Source of the DNA: a virus
Strand: one strand, 5' to 3'
Virus record (IMG/VR): IMGVR_UViG_2857776322_000004
Location: 10,353-74,352 of that record
Length of the DNA stretch: 64,000 bases
Made by a program: the position numbers and the translations under genes. Below, one piece after another: positions 19,028-28,671 of the stretch (the first letter of the stretch is position 1; each line of letters begins with the position of its first letter). The notes below the pieces were generated by a model. That model had not been told where the DNA came from. It did not search any database and saw nothing but the letters and a program-made list of their open reading frames with translations.

Positions 19028-19239
19028 CCGCCGTCCTGATCCTGGCCGTCGTCTACGCGCTGGGCCTGTGCGGCCAGGTCGCGCTGGTGGTGTGGCTGCT
19101 GCGTACCGACGTGTGGTTCGGCACGATGGCGCGGATCAATCCCCGGGGCGTCGCGTTGGCCGGGGCGGTGTGGGCCGTGGCGTGGCCGGCCGTGGTGATC
19201 GCAGTCGTGCTGATTCGCTGGGCCGAGTCCAGGTCCTGA
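19024..19239 (+). CDS. small two-TM membrane protein
   Basis: two hydrophobic stretches. Confidence 0.6.
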   Translation: MTAVLILAVVYALGLCGQVALVVWLLRTDVWFGTMARINPRGVALAGAVWAVAWPAVVIAVVLIRWAESRS

Positions 19240-19477
19240 GCCCTGGAGCCGGCGGCACGCGGAACCTCCGCCAAAATAACTGCCAAAAAACATGACCAAA
19301 TACTTGTGGTGGGCAGCCCTGTGACTCTCTAATGGTGGAGCGAGCAGAACAGGCCGACGGCCGGACGCGTGCCGGCCGCCCGCCCTTCACGCCACGAGAT
19401 CCCTCGCCGCCGAACTCCGCGCCCCATGCCCGGGTTTCGTCGTGCCCGCCACCGGAGTCCTCCTCGATGGGAACCCC

Positions 19478-20113
19478 ATGAGCAACCCGCCCACCCGTCA
19501 CATCCTCGTCGTTCTCGACCGATCCGGCTCCATGGAGAACGTCCGCACCGACACCGAGGGCGGCCTGCGGGCATTCCTCGCCGAGCAGGCCGCGTCGCCC
19601 AGTACCGATGTCGTGACTCTCGTCCAGTTCGACTGCGAGATCGAGACGGTGTTCTCGGTCGTTCCCTTGGCGAACGTGCCGGAATTCCGCCTCGCGCCCC
19701 GATCCTCGACCGCGCTCCTGGATGCGATCGGCACGACCATCAACGGGGAGTCGGCACGCGTTGCCGCACTGGCCGAGGCGGACCGCCCGGACGAGACCGT
19801 GGTCGTCATCCTCACCGACGGTGCGGAGAACGCCTCCCGGGAGTACACCCTGACGCAGATCGAGAAGCTGATCGGGGAACGCCGCGACGAGGGCTGGGTG
19901 TTCGTGTTTCTCGGTGCCGATCAGGACGCGTTCGCGGTGTCCGGCCGCATGGGCATCGACCGGGACACCACCCTCAGCTATTCCGGCCGCAAGACGACGG
20001 GCTCCATGCGGACCGCCGGGACGATGATCTCCCGGGGCAGCGGAGGCGGCTCCTACACGTTCACCGACGACGAGCGCGCACAGACGATGCCGGAAAGCGA
20101 ATCCGACCGGTGA
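19478..20113 (+). CDS. vWA domain protein
   Basis: VVLDRSGSM (MIDAS), TALLDAIG, VILTDGAEN. Confidence 0.88.
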   Translation: MSNPPTRHILVVLDRSGSMENVRTDTEGGLRAFLAEQAASPSTDVVTLVQFDCEIETVFSVVPLANVPEFRLAPRSSTALLDAIGTTINGESARVAALAEADRPDETVVVILTDGAENASREYTLTQIEKLIGERRDEGWVFVFLGADQDAFAVSGRMGIDRDTTLSYSGRKTTGSMRTAGTMISRGSGGGSYTFTDDERAQTMPESESDR

Positions 20114-20676
20114 GCGCCGTCGACTACGACTTCGAGTTCCTCGAGGACGGCCACACGATCCGGCCGATCAGCATCGGCATGGCCGCAGACGACGGCCGCG
20201 AATACTACGCCGTCGTCCGCAACGAGGACACCATGTACGCGGCCGTCCGCCACCAGTGGCTCCGCGCGAACGTCGTTCCTCACCTGCCGTTTCGGCGCGC
20301 CGACGTGAACGAATGCCCGGACGCGTGGGATTGGGCCGACGACCACCCGGACATGCACCGGGTCAAGCCCGTCGAGACGATCGCGAACGAGGTTCGCATC
20401 TTCCTCCAGGCGACGCCGGATCTCCACTTGTGGGCCTGGTACGGGGCATACGACCACGTCGCCCTGGCGCAGCTGTTCGGGGCCATGGTCGAACTGCCCG
20501 CAGGCATCCCCATGTGGACGAACGACACCCGGCAGGAATGCGCCCGACTCCGCTTGGACCCCGACGATCTTCCACGGCAGCCGTCCGACGTCCACCACGC
20601 CCTTGCCGACGCCCGCCACAACCGTGCGCGGCGCGAGTTCCTGCGGCGCCACGCCGCCGCTCTCGGACGTGCGTGA
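20110..20676 (+). CDS. DEDDh 3'-5' exoribonuclease (DUF5051/Rv2179c-like)
   Basis: YDFEFLEDG..ISIGM..LWAWYGAYDHV..HHALADARH. Confidence 0.85.
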   Translation: MSAVDYDFEFLEDGHTIRPISIGMAADDGREYYAVVRNEDTMYAAVRHQWLRANVVPHLPFRRADVNECPDAWDWADDHPDMHRVKPVETIANEVRIFLQATPDLHLWAWYGAYDHVALAQLFGAMVELPAGIPMWTNDTRQECARLRLDPDDLPRQPSDVHHALADARHNRARREFLRRHAAALGRA

Positions 20677-20717
20677 CCACGCCGACCACCCGCCCCCATC
20701 GTCTCGGAGGCACCCGT

Positions 20718-21149
20718 ATGGCCATCGAAACGGCCACCACCCATGCCCGCATCCGCGACGCGCTCCTCGACGGCGCGGACTTGCACCATCTGAACGTGAC
20801 CGTGCGCGAGGTCGACGTCCTCGCAGCGATGGTCGATCTCGCCCTCAACGGCGGGAACGAGACGCGCGAAGGCCGCCTGCACGGTCGCGCCGTCGAGGTC
20901 CTGGCCGGTCTCGGCCGCGGCCTCTCCAACGCCGACATCGGCCGCGAGATGGGCCTGAACGAGGGGACCGTCCGCAAGTACGCCAGCGAGCTGTTCAAAA
21001 CGCTCGGCGCCTGCAACCGCGGCCAGGCCGTGGTGCTCGGCCTGGCTTCCGGAGACCTCGACCTCGCCGAGTTGGCCGAGGCCATCGCCCGGGACAACCT
21101 CGCCGCCGAACACAGCCGCGGCGCTTCTCTGCGCGCCAGCGCCGCCTGA
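20718..21149 (+). CDS. LuxR-family HTH regulator
   Basis: GLSNADIGREMGLNEGTVRKYASELFKTLGACNRGQAV. Confidence 0.88.
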   Translation: MAIETATTHARIRDALLDGADLHHLNVTVREVDVLAAMVDLALNGGNETREGRLHGRAVEVLAGLGRGLSNADIGREMGLNEGTVRKYASELFKTLGACNRGQAVVLGLASGDLDLAELAEAIARDNLAAEHSRGASLRASAA

Positions 21150-21188
21150 CGTCCCACTGGCCTGCCCACATCACACCCGGGAGATCCC

Positions 21189-21968
21189 ATGTTCTTCAGC
21201 AGCAGGAAAACCGCCGACCCGACTCCCGTCGTCCCCGCCGGCAGCCGGCCCGGTTCCGCCGCGCACTCCGGATCCGCCATCGACCTCACGAAGATCACCG
21301 CCACCGCACCCGCCCTCGTCGACCTGTACAAGAAGGCCGGCGTGTCGCTGAAGAAGCACGGCCTGGCGGGCGTTCGCGCGGCGGTGTACCTCGTCCTGGA
21401 CCACTCCGGCAGCATGTTCGACTACTACGCCGACGGCACCGTGCAGGCCCTCGCGGAGCGGGTACTGGCCGCCGCCGCGCACTTCGACGACGACGGCACC
21501 GTGCCCGTGGTCCTCTTCGAGTCCCGCGCCCACCGGCCCGAGCCGATCGTGCTCGGCTCCCACCAGGGCCGAATCGCCGAACTCGCCGCCGACTGCCCCT
21601 GGGGCGGCACCGACTACGCCTGCGCCATCGACGCCGTGGTCAAGCACTACAAGGCGTCCGGTGCCACCGATCCGGCGTTCGTGATCTTCCAGACCGACGG
21701 CGCACCCGCTTCGAGGCCCGACGCCGAGAGCGCGCTGCGTCACGCCTCGACGCTGCCGATCTTCTGGCAGTTCGTCGGCTTCGGCTCCGAAGGACAGTTC
21801 GACTTCCTGCGCCGCCTCGACACCCTCCGCAATCGCGCCGTGGACAACGCGGGCTTCTTCGCGGCCGGGCCGGACCCGCGCGCCATGTCCGACACGGAAC
21901 TCTACGACAAGCTCATGACCGAGTTCCCGCAGTGGCTGATCGACGCGCGCGCCGCAGGTGTCCTGTGA
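21189..21968 (+). CDS. vWA domain protein (TerF-vWA-like)
   Basis: VYLVLDHSGSM.DYY.DGTVQALAER..FDDDG..FQTDG..IFWQFVGFG. Confidence 0.85.
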   Translation: MFFSSRKTADPTPVVPAGSRPGSAAHSGSAIDLTKITATAPALVDLYKKAGVSLKKHGLAGVRAAVYLVLDHSGSMFDYYADGTVQALAERVLAAAAHFDDDGTVPVVLFESRAHRPEPIVLGSHQGRIAELAADCPWGGTDYACAIDAVVKHYKASGATDPAFVIFQTDGAPASRPDAESALRHASTLPIFWQFVGFGSEGQFDFLRRLDTLRNRAVDNAGFFAAGPDPRAMSDTELYDKLMTEFPQWLIDARAAGVL

Positions 21969-22492
21969 GGGATCCGGACACCCGCAATCCGCGACGTGGA
22001 CACCATGCGTGGAAGGCGATCGTCACCGGGGCCCTGCTGGGCTCGGCCGCACAGTTCCTTCCGGTTCACGTCCACCTGGTCTTCCTTGCGATCTCGTTGT
22101 GCCTGATGTTCGGCGGCATCCTTCGGTCGGGGTGGCACGACCGCGGCAACTGCGACATCTGCATCCGCCACGCCCCGGTGGACGGCGCCGTCGAAGCATA
22201 CGAACTGAGCCCGGTACTCGCTGTTTACCACCTGCTCCGAAAGCCTTGGTTCGTAGGTGCGTACATCACGTCCATACTCGCCGGGCTCATCGTCGTGGCG
22301 CTGTTCCAGGAATCCTGGGCGCGTTGGTTCTACCCAATGCCGCTGCTGTTCGTCGCGGCGACCGAAATCCTCGCGCGACTGCACGCCCCGGTCAGCCCAT
22401 GGTGCTTCCGCTGCCACCCGAACGGCGGCGGAGGCGGCGGCCACGACGACATCGTCGACGACCCCACCCCGGCGTCCCCCGTTTCCCGCTGA
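21965..22492 (+). CDS. membrane protein with Cys/His motifs
   Basis: hydrophobic segments; HD..CDIC and WCFRC. Confidence 0.65.
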   Translation: MRDPDTRNPRRGHHAWKAIVTGALLGSAAQFLPVHVHLVFLAISLCLMFGGILRSGWHDRGNCDICIRHAPVDGAVEAYELSPVLAVYHLLRKPWFVGAYITSILAGLIVVALFQESWARWFYPMPLLFVAATEILARLHAPVSPWCFRCHPNGGGGGGHDDIVDDPTPASPVSR

Positions 22493-22511
22493 GCCTCCGA
22501 AGGGCCTTGCC

Positions 22512-23594
22512 TTGTCCACTCTCCGCGTCACCGCCGAACGGCTGACCATCCACCCCCACCCCAACGCCGACGCGCTGGAGCTGGCACAGGTGGGGCTCTA
22601 TCGCGCCGTCGTACCGAAGGGCACCTACACCACCGGCGACGCGGCGCTCTACATCCCCGAACAGGCCGTCGTTCCGGACCCGTTGATCGCGGAACTCGGA
22701 CTGACGGGACGCCTCGCGGGTCCCGATCACAACCGCGTCCGCGCGATCCGCCTGCGCGGCGAACTCTCCCAGGGCATCGTGTGCCGCCCCGCCTCCCTGG
22801 CCGGCGTCGACCTCGAGGCAGCCGCGGCGGCCGGCACCGACTTCGCCGAACGACTGGGGGTCACCAAGTGGGTGCCGCCGATCCCCGTCCACATGAGCGG
22901 CGACGTCGTTCCGGCGCCGGATCTCCTGCGATGGATCGAGATCGAGAACATCCGGCGCCACCCCGGCCTTTTCACCCCCGGCGAGCACGTGATCGCCACC
23001 GAGAAGATCCACGGAACCGCCTGCCTCTACACCCACGTGGCCGCGACGGGGGAGGGGTTCGTGTCCTCCAAGGGCTTCGGCTCCAAGTCCCTGGCACTGG
23101 TCCGCAACGACCACAACCTGTACTGGCGGACCGTCCTCGCCCACGGCGTACCCGAGGTCGCCGCCTGCATCGCGAAGACACTCGGAGCGGAGCGAGTGGG
23201 AATCTTCGGTGAGGTGTACGGCGCCGGCGTCCAGGACCTGGCCTACGGCGTCGACGCGAAACAGGCAACGCCCGGGTACGCCGTGTTCGACGTCGCCCTC
23301 GCCCACGCGGAGGGGCGGCAGTGGTTGAGCGCTCACGTCCTGCCCTCTCTGCTGCGATGGAACGGCGAACTCCCCGTGGTTCCGCGCCTGTACGACGGGC
23401 CCTACGACGAAGCCACCCTGCTGGGGCTCGCCGAGGGCACCGAGACGATCTCGGGGACGTCGGCGCACGTGCGCGAGGGCATCGTCGTGCGGCCCTACTA
23501 CGAGCGGCACAGCCCGATCCTCGGCGGCCGGGCCATCGGGAAGATCGTGTCCGAGGCGTACCTGACCCGCAAGGGCGGGACGGAATTCGAATGA
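22512..23594 (+). CDS. ATP-dependent RNA ligase, DRB0094 (Rnl5) family
   Basis: HPNADALELAQVG N-term; TEKIHGT (motif I), FGEVYG, FDV, REGIVV, KIVS. Confidence 0.9.
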   Translation: MSTLRVTAERLTIHPHPNADALELAQVGLYRAVVPKGTYTTGDAALYIPEQAVVPDPLIAELGLTGRLAGPDHNRVRAIRLRGELSQGIVCRPASLAGVDLEAAAAAGTDFAERLGVTKWVPPIPVHMSGDVVPAPDLLRWIEIENIRRHPGLFTPGEHVIATEKIHGTACLYTHVAATGEGFVSSKGFGSKSLALVRNDHNLYWRTVLAHGVPEVAACIAKTLGAERVGIFGEVYGAGVQDLAYGVDAKQATPGYAVFDVALAHAEGRQWLSAHVLPSLLRWNGELPVVPRLYDGPYDEATLLGLAEGTETISGTSAHVREGIVVRPYYERHSPILGGRAIGKIVSEAYLTRKGGTEFE

Positions 23595-24187
23595 GTGAGC
23601 CGGCGAAGCTCCATGCCGCCGTCCGCGAGGCGATCATCGCCACGGTCGGCGAACTCGCCCTGCCGATCACGGCCTACGACACCTCCTGCCTCGTCCAGGC
23701 CGTGACCACCGCGATCGGCCGCCACTACCGACCCCCGGCCGAGACGGCTACGCCCGCCCCGGGAAAGGCCACGGGCAAGGTTCTCGGGCCGATCCCGCAC
23801 GGCACCGCCGCAGGCTACGGCCGAGAGGCATACCGCAAGCTCCCCCACTGCGACCCGTGCCGCAAGGCCATGGCCGCCGCCCAGGCCGAACGGCGCACCC
23901 GGCCACCCGAGGAACGCACCGGCCGCAAGGCCACCATGACCCTCGCGGAGATCGTCGCCGAGCGCACCACCCCCGAGGACGACCACCTCGTATGGGCGGG
24001 CGGCCAGGTGCGGTGGCAGGGGGAGAGGCTGACCGGCGCCCAGGCGGCCTGGAGCGTCCACCGCTCCCGGCCTTACGTCGGTTACATCCGGCGGACGTGC
24101 AAACGGTCCGACTGTGTGGCGCACCTAGCCGATCGGCGGGATCGGGAATTCGAGGACGCCGTCATGGGGACCGTTCATGCCGACTGA
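23591..24187 (+). CDS. hypothetical protein with HGT..GY..CDPC Zn motif
   Basis: ATGA coupling. Confidence 0.7.
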   Translation: MSEPAKLHAAVREAIIATVGELALPITAYDTSCLVQAVTTAIGRHYRPPAETATPAPGKATGKVLGPIPHGTAAGYGREAYRKLPHCDPCRKAMAAAQAERRTRPPEERTGRKATMTLAEIVAERTTPEDDHLVWAGGQVRWQGERLTGAQAAWSVHRSRPYVGYIRRTCKRSDCVAHLADRRDREFEDAVMGTVHAD

Positions 24188-24374
24188 TCCGACAGCCGAA
24201 CTCAGGCAGGCCGCCCTTGAACTCGGCGCCGACGAACCCGTGGCACTCGCGATCGCGGCGTGGCTCGAAGGCGTGGCGGAACGCATGGGCGCGGGCGGCT
24301 GGGTCCTCCCGCCCGAACGCACCCACGCGCTCAAGATCGCCCGCGCCGTACTGCGCCGTTCCACTGCCTCCTGA
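24177..24374 (+). CDS. hypothetical protein
   Basis: similar to C-terminus of 10967-11758. Confidence 0.6.
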   Translation: MPTDPTAELRQAALELGADEPVALAIAAWLEGVAERMGAGGWVLPPERTHALKIARAVLRRSTAS

Positions 24375-24460
24375 CGCAACGGGGCCCGCCTCACTGGGGG
24401 AGACGGGCCGCAACCACGTTACCCCGACTGCCGATCCCTTTGTCCCCTTTGGAGAAACCC

Positions 24461-24634
24461 GTGCTGCGCTTCGCACTCGGCGCCCTGGCCGGCACCCTGA
24501 CCGGCGCCATCGTCGTCCACGTCACCGACCGCCCCGCCCTCGCCGTCCTGGTGGGCCTCGGTGTGGCCTGCGTGATCTGGGCCTGGCGTCTGGTGATCGA
24601 CGCGATCGACGAGGTCCTGGACGTGCTGACGTGA
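24461..24634 (+). CDS. small membrane protein
   Basis: RBS GGAG; two TM-like stretches. Confidence 0.6.
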   Translation: MLRFALGALAGTLTGAIVVHVTDRPALAVLVGLGVACVIWAWRLVIDAIDEVLDVLT

Positions 24635-25449
24635 GCGACAGCACCGCCCTGGGCGACCGCATGAAACGCCACGAGCAGGCCACCCGCACCGTCCTGCCGG
24701 CCCGCACATACACGGTGATCCGCGTCGACGGCCGCAGCTTCCACACCTACCTGCGTGGATGCACCAAACCGTTCGACGAGCGGTTCATGGCCGACATGGA
24801 CCTCGTCGCCGAGGCCCTGTGCGCGGAGATCTCCGGCACGGTTCTCGCCTACACGCAATCCGACGAAGTCTCGGTCCTGTGCACCGACTTCCAGGCGGCG
24901 GGCACGCAGCCCTGGTTCGGCGGAGTCGTCGCCAAGCAGACCTCCATCGCCGCCTCGGTGGCCACCGCCGCCCTCAACGCCGCCCGCCCCGGCAAACGAG
25001 CCCTCTTCGACGCCCGCGTGTTCACCCTGCCGAACCCGATCGAAGTCGCGAACTACCTGATCTGGCGCCAGCGCGACGCCGTCCGCAACAGCATCTCCAT
25101 GGCAGCCCAGGCCCACATCCCGCACAAACAACTCCACGGCGTCAACGCCAACCGCATGCAGGAAATTCTGTGGTCGAGGCACGGCATCAACTGGAACGAC
25201 TACCCCGACGGGGCCAAACGCGGCCGGCTGACCCGCCGCCACACGGGCGAACGCGAAGTCACCTGGACACACCGGCACACCGGCGAGACGCACACCGAGA
25301 CCGCGCTGCGTTCCCGGTGGGAGACCGCCGCCGCGCCGCACTTCACCACCGAGGCGGGCGGCTTCCTCGCCGAGGCCATCCCGCCCATTCCCCGGCTGAA
25401 CACCGATCAGGAGACCTCGCCGGACGACCGACCCAAGGAGAATCCGTGA
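24631..25449 (+). CDS. thg1: tRNA(His) guanylyltransferase Thg1 / Thg1-like 3'-5' polymerase
   Basis: IRVDGRSFH, YTQSDE (catalytic carboxylates), FDARVF, YLIWRQRDAVRN. Confidence 0.92.
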   Translation: MSDSTALGDRMKRHEQATRTVLPARTYTVIRVDGRSFHTYLRGCTKPFDERFMADMDLVAEALCAEISGTVLAYTQSDEVSVLCTDFQAAGTQPWFGGVVAKQTSIAASVATAALNAARPGKRALFDARVFTLPNPIEVANYLIWRQRDAVRNSISMAAQAHIPHKQLHGVNANRMQEILWSRHGINWNDYPDGAKRGRLTRRHTGEREVTWTHRHTGETHTETALRSRWETAAAPHFTTEAGGFLAEAIPPIPRLNTDQETSPDDRPKENP

Positions 25450-26672
25450 CGTCCCTCCACGGCGACGGGTTCCGGGCCGAAACACCACCGGCCCGCTACG
25501 ACGCCGGACCACCGGAAGGATGGTGGTACGGAACACGCTCCGTCCGAGGACCGCTGTGCCTGGCCGACCTGTTCCCGCTCGCGGACCTCGAAGCCGAGAT
25601 CGCGAGCGGCCACGTCACCCGCAAGCGACACCCCGAACTCCCGCTGTCCATCCACACCTACGCCCCCGCGTGCCAGTACGAGAACCACTGGAACCCGGTC
25701 ACGATGCGCTGCCGCGGGCTGGTAGCCGACGACAACGGGAGGATCGTTGCGCTGCCGTTCCCGAAGATCTTCCTGGCGTCCATGCACACCCAGGGCCACC
25801 CCTTCGCCCCGCCACTTCCCGCAGGGGCGCCGTTCGAGGTCTACGACAAGGTCGACGGCTCCCTCGGAATCGTGTTCCACTACGGCGGGCGCTGGCACGC
25901 CGCGACGAAGGGCTCGTTCTCCTCGGCGCAGGCCCTGTGGGCCCAGGCCCGCATCGACACGTCCGACACGGGGGACCTCGATCCCGCGGTGACGTACCTC
26001 GCCGAGATCGTCCACCCCGGAAACCGAATCGTCGTCGACTACGGCGAGTCCAAAGACCTCGTGCTGCTGGGCGCGTATCGCCCGTTCGACGGCACAGAAG
26101 TCGAACTTCGGGAAGTCGCACCGCACTGGTCGCGGATCGGCTCGGTCGTGCGCTCCTGGGGCAGCAGACAGTCCTTCGCCGCCCTTGACGGCCTGGAGGG
26201 GCTGGCCGCTGTGAACCACTCGATGGACGGCCGCCCCGTCTCGGGACTCGCAGCCGAGGGCTACGTCGTCCGCTTCGCGTCCGGACTCCGCGCGAAGATC
26301 AAATACGCGGACTACCTGACCCTGCACAAGCTCTACACCGGCACCAGCGAACGCACCGTATGGGAAGCCCTGGCCTCCGGCCGCGACATCGGCGAACTCT
26401 TCGACCGCATCCCCGACGAATTCCGCGACTGGGTCGACGACGTGGCGAACCGACTGACCGCCAGGGCCGACGCGTGGATCGCCAACGCCGTCGCGGCCCA
26501 CAAGGCCATCGGCACCTGCCCCGACCGTCGCACATTCGCCGAACGCGCCAAGGACTCGCCGTACCGCGCCGCGCTGTTCATGCTCCTCGACGGCCGCGAC
26601 ATCCGCCCACTCGCCTGGAAGCAGGTCCGCCCCGCCGGCCCCACCGCATTCACGACCTCGGACCAGGAGTGA
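25446..26672 (+). CDS. T4 Rnl1-like RNA ligase
   Basis: CRGLV..VALPFPKIF, YDKVDGS (motif I), YLAEIVHPGNRIVVDY, EGYVVRF, KIKY. Confidence 0.9.
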   Translation: MTSLHGDGFRAETPPARYDAGPPEGWWYGTRSVRGPLCLADLFPLADLEAEIASGHVTRKRHPELPLSIHTYAPACQYENHWNPVTMRCRGLVADDNGRIVALPFPKIFLASMHTQGHPFAPPLPAGAPFEVYDKVDGSLGIVFHYGGRWHAATKGSFSSAQALWAQARIDTSDTGDLDPAVTYLAEIVHPGNRIVVDYGESKDLVLLGAYRPFDGTEVELREVAPHWSRIGSVVRSWGSRQSFAALDGLEGLAAVNHSMDGRPVSGLAAEGYVVRFASGLRAKIKYADYLTLHKLYTGTSERTVWEALASGRDIGELFDRIPDEFRDWVDDVANRLTARADAWIANAVAAHKAIGTCPDRRTFAERAKDSPYRAALFMLLDGRDIRPLAWKQVRPAGPTAFTTSDQE

Positions 26673-26677
26673 CCACC

Positions 26678-27565
26678 ATGCCCACCGTTCACCTCACCAC
26701 GGGCCTGCCCGCCTCCGGCAAGACCGGCCTGGCCCGGGGCCTCGACGCGCTCCGGTTCAGCCTGGACGACTACCGGGCGATGATGCGCCGCGACAGGTCG
26801 ACCTGGAACGGCGACCTGGAGAAGATCGCCGTCGAGGCGATGATCCGCTCCGCGCACGCCGCCGTCGAAGGCGGCCGCGACATCGTCGTCGACAACACCC
26901 ACCTGACCGCGAACCTCCCCGGCAGATACAAGGACGCGTTCCCCACCGCGGTGTTCCGCGTGCACGACCTCATGGCCGTGCCCGTCGAGGAGTGCATCCG
27001 CCGCGACGCCGAACGCGAACAACCCGTCGGCGAGGACGTCATCCGCAACCTCCACGCCCGACACGTCAAGGCCACGCGCAACGGGTGGCGCCTGACCGAC
27101 GCGTGGATGAACGACCGCCACACACCCGATCCGTACATCCCCGACACCAGCCTGCCCACGGCGGTTCTGTGCGACATCGACGGAACCCTCGCCCTGAACG
27201 AGAGCGGACGGGGACCCTACGACTTCCACCGGTGCGGGGAGGACACCGTCAACCGGGCCGTTGCCGACGAACTTGCCCTGCACGACCGCGCCAACCACAT
27301 CATCGTCCTGCTCTCCGGCCGCGGCTCCGAGTACCGGCCCGAGACCGTCGCGTGGCTCGCAGCCCACGGCATCGCCTACGACGAACTGTGGATGCGCCCC
27401 CTGGGGGACTTCCGCCGCGACGACCTCGTCAAGGCCGAGCTGTTCGACAAGCACGTGCGCCACCGATTCGCCGTGCGCTTCACCCTCGACGACCGGGACC
27501 GCGTCGTGGCGCTGTGGCGCCGCATGGGAATCCCCACCTGGCAAGTCAACTACGGCGCGTTCTGA
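26678..27565 (+). CDS. T4-like polynucleotide kinase/3'-phosphatase (Pnkp)
   Basis: P-loop GLPASGKT; HAD CDIDGT, LSGR, LDDR. Confidence 0.92.
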   Translation: MPTVHLTTGLPASGKTGLARGLDALRFSLDDYRAMMRRDRSTWNGDLEKIAVEAMIRSAHAAVEGGRDIVVDNTHLTANLPGRYKDAFPTAVFRVHDLMAVPVEECIRRDAEREQPVGEDVIRNLHARHVKATRNGWRLTDAWMNDRHTPDPYIPDTSLPTAVLCDIDGTLALNESGRGPYDFHRCGEDTVNRAVADELALHDRANHIIVLLSGRGSEYRPETVAWLAAHGIAYDELWMRPLGDFRRDDLVKAELFDKHVRHRFAVRFTLDDRDRVVALWRRMGIPTWQVNYGAF

Positions 27566-27589
27566 TACGCCCCGACGAACGGAGCCGAC

Positions 27590-27763
27590 GTGGACGACGT
27601 CGAACGGGTCCGCGACGTGGTCGCGTGGATCCGCGCCGAGGCGCGGAAGCGGCGATCGAGTTGCGTCCCCTGGTTGCAGATCGCCGACAAGATCGACCCC
27701 GACAAGGCCGGCGACCCGAACCACCGCGGCCTGCGCTCGTACTGGGATCAGGTGAGGGAGTGA
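27590..27763 (+). CDS. hypothetical protein (57 aa)
   Basis: GTG after GGAG; stop overlaps next start. Confidence 0.55.
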   Translation: MDDVERVRDVVAWIRAEARKRRSSCVPWLQIADKIDPDKAGDPNHRGLRSYWDQVRE

Positions 27764-28143
27764 ACTCCTGGCATCACGCCCAGTCGTCCGCCCGCAAATG
27801 GGGCGGCGAACCCGACGTCTACCTGCCGATTCACGAACTGATCGACTCAAGCAAACGCGTGATCGGCGACGTCCGACACCGCTCGCTCTACCACCACACC
27901 GCCGGGGTCTGGCTTTGCCAGGAGGTGTTCGGCGTGACCCTCGACGTCCCCCGGCGACACGGCACACTCCGGGTCCCCGTGCGGCTCGTCGCCGAACAGC
28001 ACGTCCTCGAAGACCTCGGATGGCTCCCCAGCCCCGCCGACTACCTCGACGGCATGCCCATCAAGCCCTGGATGTCCGGCAGCCGGCGCAAGTCCGTCCC
28101 CCTGTCCCACCTACTCCTCGACCCGCCCGGAGACCCCAAGTGA
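27760..28143 (+). CDS. DUF6915-like His-rich protein
   Basis: HAQSSARKWGG..IHELIDSSK..RHRSLYHH..AEQHVLEDLG. Confidence 0.75.
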   Translation: MNSWHHAQSSARKWGGEPDVYLPIHELIDSSKRVIGDVRHRSLYHHTAGVWLCQEVFGVTLDVPRRHGTLRVPVRLVAEQHVLEDLGWLPSPADYLDGMPIKPWMSGSRRKSVPLSHLLLDPPGDPK

Positions 28144-28634
28144 GCACCGAACACCGCACTTTCCTCGGCCTCGTCGTCAAAGGCGACATCACCCGAGGCA
28201 AACGTGCGGAGCAGCGGCCCCTCGAAGAACTCCAGCCGCTCCTCCAGGCCGTCCTCGACGACCCGACCATCATCGAGTTCGGGTGGCGGCAATACACCCC
28301 GTACTTCGCGGACGGCGATGTGTGCGAATTCGGCGTCCACGGACTCTGGTTCCGCACCGACATCGACGACGAGGACGCGAGCACGTGGGACCTGGAGGTC
28401 TTCGGGCACCCCAGCCTCGGCGAGGAGCCGGGTACTTGGGACGAAACCGCGAGGGACTACGTGGTCGGACCCTACGAAGGACCCGACAAGGCTCGGTACG
28501 AGCGCTGCCGCAACCTTGCATCCGCAATCACCGACAGCGCCTTCGAACACGTCCTGCTCGCGGCGTTCGGGGACCACGCCCAGGTGACGGTCCGCAAGGA
28601 CGGCATCGAAGTCGAGACCTACGAACACGAATGA
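28140..28634 (+). CDS. acidic conserved hypothetical protein coupled to DUF6915
   Basis: WRQYTPYFADGDVCEFGV..FGDHAQVTV..YEHE. Confidence 0.75.
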   Translation: MSTEHRTFLGLVVKGDITRGKRAEQRPLEELQPLLQAVLDDPTIIEFGWRQYTPYFADGDVCEFGVHGLWFRTDIDDEDASTWDLEVFGHPSLGEEPGTWDETARDYVVGPYEGPDKARYERCRNLASAITDSAFEHVLLAAFGDHAQVTVRKDGIEVETYEHE

Positions 28635-28671
28635 CCCACGGCGAGCAACGGCACGGCTGAACGGAACGCCC

